Shown: positions 60,860 to 64,000 of the stretch, piece by piece
How the letters are laid out: every line of letters begins with the position of its first letter
Position numbering within the stretch: position 1 is the first letter of the stretch
Assembly (NCBI GenBank): GCA_050633305.1
Contig: JBOEGF010000010.1
Location: forward strand, 352,001-416,000
Reading direction: 5' to 3'
DNA from: Nannocystales bacterium
GTDB taxonomy: Bacteria; Myxococcota_A; Polyangia; Nannocystales; Nannocystaceae
Length of the DNA: 64,000 nt
Made by a program: the position numbers and the translations under genes
Notes under the pieces: generated by a model
Seen by the model: only the letters and a program-made list of their open reading frames with translations
What the model was told of the DNA's origin: nothing
The model's database searches: none

Positions 60860-62368
60860 ATGGTGGAGACGCACGACGTGGTGATCATCGGCGCCGGGTT
60901 CTCCGGTCTCGGAGTCGCGATGGCTCTACGGGATGCCGGGGTCGATGACTTCGTCCTCCTCGAGAAGGCGCAGCAGTGCGGAGGCACGTGGCGCGACAAC
61001 ACGTACCCAGGTTGCGCATGCGATGTGCCCTCGCACCTGTATTCGTTCTCGAAGATCCCATGGACGTGGTCCCGCGTCTTCGCGGGCCAACCCGAGATTC
61101 AGCAGTACCTCCTGCACGTGGTCGAGCGAGAGAACCTGCGGCCGCGGGTTCGTTTCGGGCACGAGGTCGAGCGGGCCAGCTGGGAGCCGTTCGCCCGACG
61201 CTGGGTGGTTCAGACCAGCCGGGGCACGTTGCACGCCCGCGTTCTCGTCTCCGCGACGGGCCCGTTGCACGAGCCCAAAACCCCGGCGATTCCCGGTCTC
61301 GATCAGTTCGAGGGCACGGTCTTCCACTCCGCTCGTTGGGATCACGACCACGACCTGACCGGGAAACGCGTTGCGGTCGTCGGCACCGGATCTTCGGCGA
61401 TCCAGTTCGTGCCCAAGATCCAACCGCGAGCTGACCACCTGGTTCTCTTCCAGCGCACGGCTCCATGGGTCCTCCCCAAGCCCGACCACCGCTACCACGC
61501 GCTGCAGCGATGGATGTTCGAGCACGTGCCGGGCTTCCGCTGGGCCTACCGCGGCGCGCTCTACATGGCCCTCGAAGGCGTCCAGCAGCTGCAACAGCGC
61601 GCCCGCTGGATGGACCGACTTGGCCCGGTCGCCCTCAAGCACCTGCACCGCCAGGTGCCCGATCTGGCGCTGCGCGAGATGTTGACCCCGCGCTTCACCT
61701 TGGGGTGCAAGCGGCTCCTTCTGTCGAACACGTACTATCCCGCCCTGCAGCAGCCCAATGTGTCGGTCGTCGGACATGGCCTCGAAGAGGTGTCCGCCCA
61801 CGCCGTCCTCGCAGGCGATGGCACTTGGCACGAGGTGGACGCGATCGTGCTCGGCACCGGCTTCCGCGTGACCGACCCGCCGATCGCCGAGCGGATCTAT
61901 TCCGGAGACGGCAAGCAGCTATCGGCGCAATGGTCGGGGTCGCCGCGGGCGTATCTGGGCACCAGCGTGGACGGGTTCCCCAACCTGTTCTTCATGATCG
62001 GCCCCAACCTGGGCAACGGGCACTCCTCCGCCTTCGTCCTGATCGAACTCCAGGCCAACTACATCGCCTCCGCACTCCGCTGGATGCGAGAGACGGACAA
62101 CACCGCCGTCGTGGTCGAGTCCAAGATCGAGCGCGAGTACAACACCGCGGTCCAGTCGGCGCTTCAACCCACGGTCTGGAACGCCGGGGGCTGCAGCAGC
62201 TACTACCTCGACGTTCGCGGCACCAACAGCTCGATCTACCCCTGGTCCACGCTGGACTTGCGTCGTCGCATGCGGAAGTTCGATCCCGCCGACTACACGG
62301 TGGTGACCGCTGCCGAGCATGGTACGACTCGGACGGACGAGTCCCGTGGTCACCAGCGACGAGCGTAA
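60860..62368 (+). CDS. Flavin-containing Baeyer-Villiger monooxygenase
   Basis: GAGFSG, GGTWRDNTYPGCACD, FEGTVFHSARW (FxGxxxHxxxW), GTGSSA, GCKR, LGTGF. Start at 60848 or 60860. Confidence 0.93.
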   Translation: MVETHDVVIIGAGFSGLGVAMALRDAGVDDFVLLEKAQQCGGTWRDNTYPGCACDVPSHLYSFSKIPWTWSRVFAGQPEIQQYLLHVVERENLRPRVRFGHEVERASWEPFARRWVVQTSRGTLHARVLVSATGPLHEPKTPAIPGLDQFEGTVFHSARWDHDHDLTGKRVAVVGTGSSAIQFVPKIQPRADHLVLFQRTAPWVLPKPDHRYHALQRWMFEHVPGFRWAYRGALYMALEGVQQLQQRARWMDRLGPVALKHLHRQVPDLALREMLTPRFTLGCKRLLLSNTYYPALQQPNVSVVGHGLEEVSAHAVLAGDGTWHEVDAIVLGTGFRVTDPPIAERIYSGDGKQLSAQWSGSPRAYLGTSVDGFPNLFFMIGPNLGNGHSSAFVLIELQANYIASALRWMRETDNTAVVVESKIEREYNTAVQSALQPTVWNAGGCSSYYLDVRGTNSSIYPWSTLDLRRRMRKFDPADYTVVTAAEHGTTRTDESRGHQRRA

Positions 62369-62945
62369 GCGACGACGGCGGAGCGAGATCCTCGACGCCG
62401 CCCATCAGGTCCTCCTCGAGAAGGGCTATCACGCCACGGGGATCGCCGACATCGCGGCGGCGCTCAGCATCGGCCATGGCACCGTCTACCGCTACTTCTC
62501 CAACAAACACGACATCGCCGTTGCGGTGCTCGATCGTGTCATCGAGCGGCTGGCCTCGGCAGGCCTGAGCGAAGACCCCACCGAGAGCACCACGGTCGCG
62601 GAGTACCGGGCGCAGGTCCAGCGCATCCTGCAACGCCTCATCGAAGTCTGCTTCGAGGAACCAAACCTCCTCCGATTTTTCGAGGAGCAGGGCCTTGTCA
62701 TCGCCCCGGGCCGGCTCTGGGAGTTCAAGGCCCAGTTTGCCCTCTTCACCACGATGTTCCTGGACAACGGCATCAGCCGCGGTTTCCTCCGGGCCGACAT
62801 GGACATCCAGCCCACCGCCGAAGCCCTCGTCGCCCTGATCTTCGAGGGCGTCACCCGGTCCCTGGCAGCGGGCGACCGCGACATCGCGACTCGCTGGATG
62901 AACGCCGGGATTGCACTCATGTTCGACGGACTGGTGTCTCGGTAG
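62346..62945 (+). CDS. TetR/AcrR family transcriptional regulator
   Basis: ILDAAHQVLLEKGYHATGIADIAAALSIGHGTVYRYFSNK helix-turn-helix. Overlaps the BVMO stop. Confidence 0.93.
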   Translation: MVTSDERKRRRRSEILDAAHQVLLEKGYHATGIADIAAALSIGHGTVYRYFSNKHDIAVAVLDRVIERLASAGLSEDPTESTTVAEYRAQVQRILQRLIEVCFEEPNLLRFFEEQGLVIAPGRLWEFKAQFALFTTMFLDNGISRGFLRADMDIQPTAEALVALIFEGVTRSLAAGDRDIATRWMNAGIALMFDGLVSR

Positions 62946-63181
62946 GGCGCGGTCTCGGATTGTGGCGTCGAGGAGACCCTAGCTCGCAGCTCAGCCAAGA
63001 CCCGCATGACGAGAAAACCCTCTGAGTCTGCTCTGCGCGCGGGATGGAACGCGGGGGAGACGAGACTCACGACGACCCGGGGGGCAGCCTACCTCAGGCG
63101 GTTGCGGTCAAATGCAGCCGAGAGACGAAAAAGTGGGGACCATCCCGGAATCGGGGGGGGCTGGCGCGACACTCATCCCGA

Positions 63182-63772
63182 ATGACGTCGCGAAGCCAGA
63201 CCGCCGAGGCGGGACGGACCGAAGCTCCGATGCAGCGCTCCTGGCCCGAAGACTGGGCTGTGGCCCAGCGATGCGCGGCCGGAGACGCGGCCGCGGTCGA
63301 GGAACTCTACCGGGCGCACGCGACCTCAGTCCGGTCGATGGCGCGACTCCACGCGAGCCAGCCGGCGGTCATCGATGATTTGGTGCACGACACGTTCGTG
63401 CGGGCGATCGAGCTTCTTCCGCGCTATCGAGGGGATTCGCCGTTGGGGGTCTGGCTCCGAGGCATTGCATTTAACCTAGCGCGAACCGAACGACGTCGGT
63501 CACTGCGCCGTTTCGGACTGCTGCGCAGGCATGGCCTTCCGCCATCACACGCTCCCGCCGCACCGGACGAGCGCAGTCCTTTGGAAACGGTGACGCGATT
63601 GGTGGCGCGCTTGTCGGAGGCGGACCGCGAGGCGTTCTGTCTTCGGAGCCTCCAGCAGCTCTCGTTGGACGAGGCCTCCGCACTGTTGGGAGTGTCTGGG
63701 TCGACGGTTAGTGATCGTGACCGCCGAGCGAAACAGAAGCTTCGCGCCTGGCTGGAAGAGGAGGAAGAATGA
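63182..63772 (+). CDS. ECF RNA polymerase sigma factor
   Basis: DDLVHDTF, YRGDSPLGVWLRGIAFN, LSEADREAFCL...EASALLGVSGSTV. Confidence 0.88.
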   Translation: MTSRSQTAEAGRTEAPMQRSWPEDWAVAQRCAAGDAAAVEELYRAHATSVRSMARLHASQPAVIDDLVHDTFVRAIELLPRYRGDSPLGVWLRGIAFNLARTERRRSLRRFGLLRRHGLPPSHAPAAPDERSPLETVTRLVARLSEADREAFCLRSLQQLSLDEASALLGVSGSTVSDRDRRAKQKLRAWLEEEEE

Positions 63773-64000
63773 TGGACACGAACGAATTCGACCGGCTCAT
63801 CTCGGAGGCTCGCGAAGAGCTGCAATCAGAAGCGTCGGGCGACGTCGGCCGGCTACAAGAACTCGCGACCTGGTGGGAGCAACAGCGTGGGACGGTTCGC
63901 TGGGTCCGGGGGATCGCGGTGGTCGCAGCTTCGCTGTGGGTGTTGCAGTTCGGCTACGCGATCTGGTTCCTCGACCTGTTCGGTCGTCCCGAGCCCTTGA
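63769..64000 (+). CDS. Putative membrane anti-sigma factor, truncated by the window edge
   Basis: ATGA overlap with the sigma stop. MMDTNEFDRLISEAREEL... followed by a TM segment GIAVVAASLWVLQFGYAIWFL. Frame stays open to the window end. Confidence 0.65.
   Translation, partial: MMDTNEFDRLISEAREELQSEASGDVGRLQELATWWEQQRGTVRWVRGIAVVAASLWVLQFGYAIWFLDLFGRPEPL

Noticed and set aside
56444..64000. Genomic island integrated at tRNA-Gln
   Set aside because: No integrase, no duplicated tRNA 3' end seen, and prs follows the tRNA directly.

Overview
High-GC bacterial chromosomal segment, most likely from a myxobacterium (Myxococcota, Nannocystaceae-like). This placement is inferred from MYXO-CTERM tails, many lipoproteins with Ser/Thr/Gly/Asp-rich linkers, ELWxxDGT repeats, Hanks-type Ser/Thr kinases, DUF1592/DUF1552 modules and ECF sigma factors. 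There are about 52 plausible CDSs and one tRNA-Gln(UUG) with a clear sigma70 promoter and terminator. Housekeeping genes (ybbN, rsgA, add, pntAB, moaC, glmS, prs) are interleaved with many secreted hydrolases and envelope proteins. I found no mobile element, CRISPR array or rRNA. Highlights: (1) a Rdx/SelW-type selenoprotein gene (56050-56274, minus strand) absent from the ORF track, with an in-frame TGA in a CxxU motif and a SECIS-like hairpin; (2) a lipoprotein peptidylarginine deiminase of the animal PADI type, with an intact catalytic tetrad, translationally coupled to a HEAT-repeat lipoprotein; (3) an operon of a DUF1549/1553-like lipoprotein, a Tat-exported DUF1501 protein and a cytochrome c carrying an atypical CX6CH motif; (4) an orphan GspD secretin, a Zn-ribbon/kinase/STAND/TPR protein, a sphingosine-1-phosphate-lyase-like gene and a large GH-like lipoprotein. 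All product calls come from motif recognition by eye, not database searches, and many start codons were re-picked manually.
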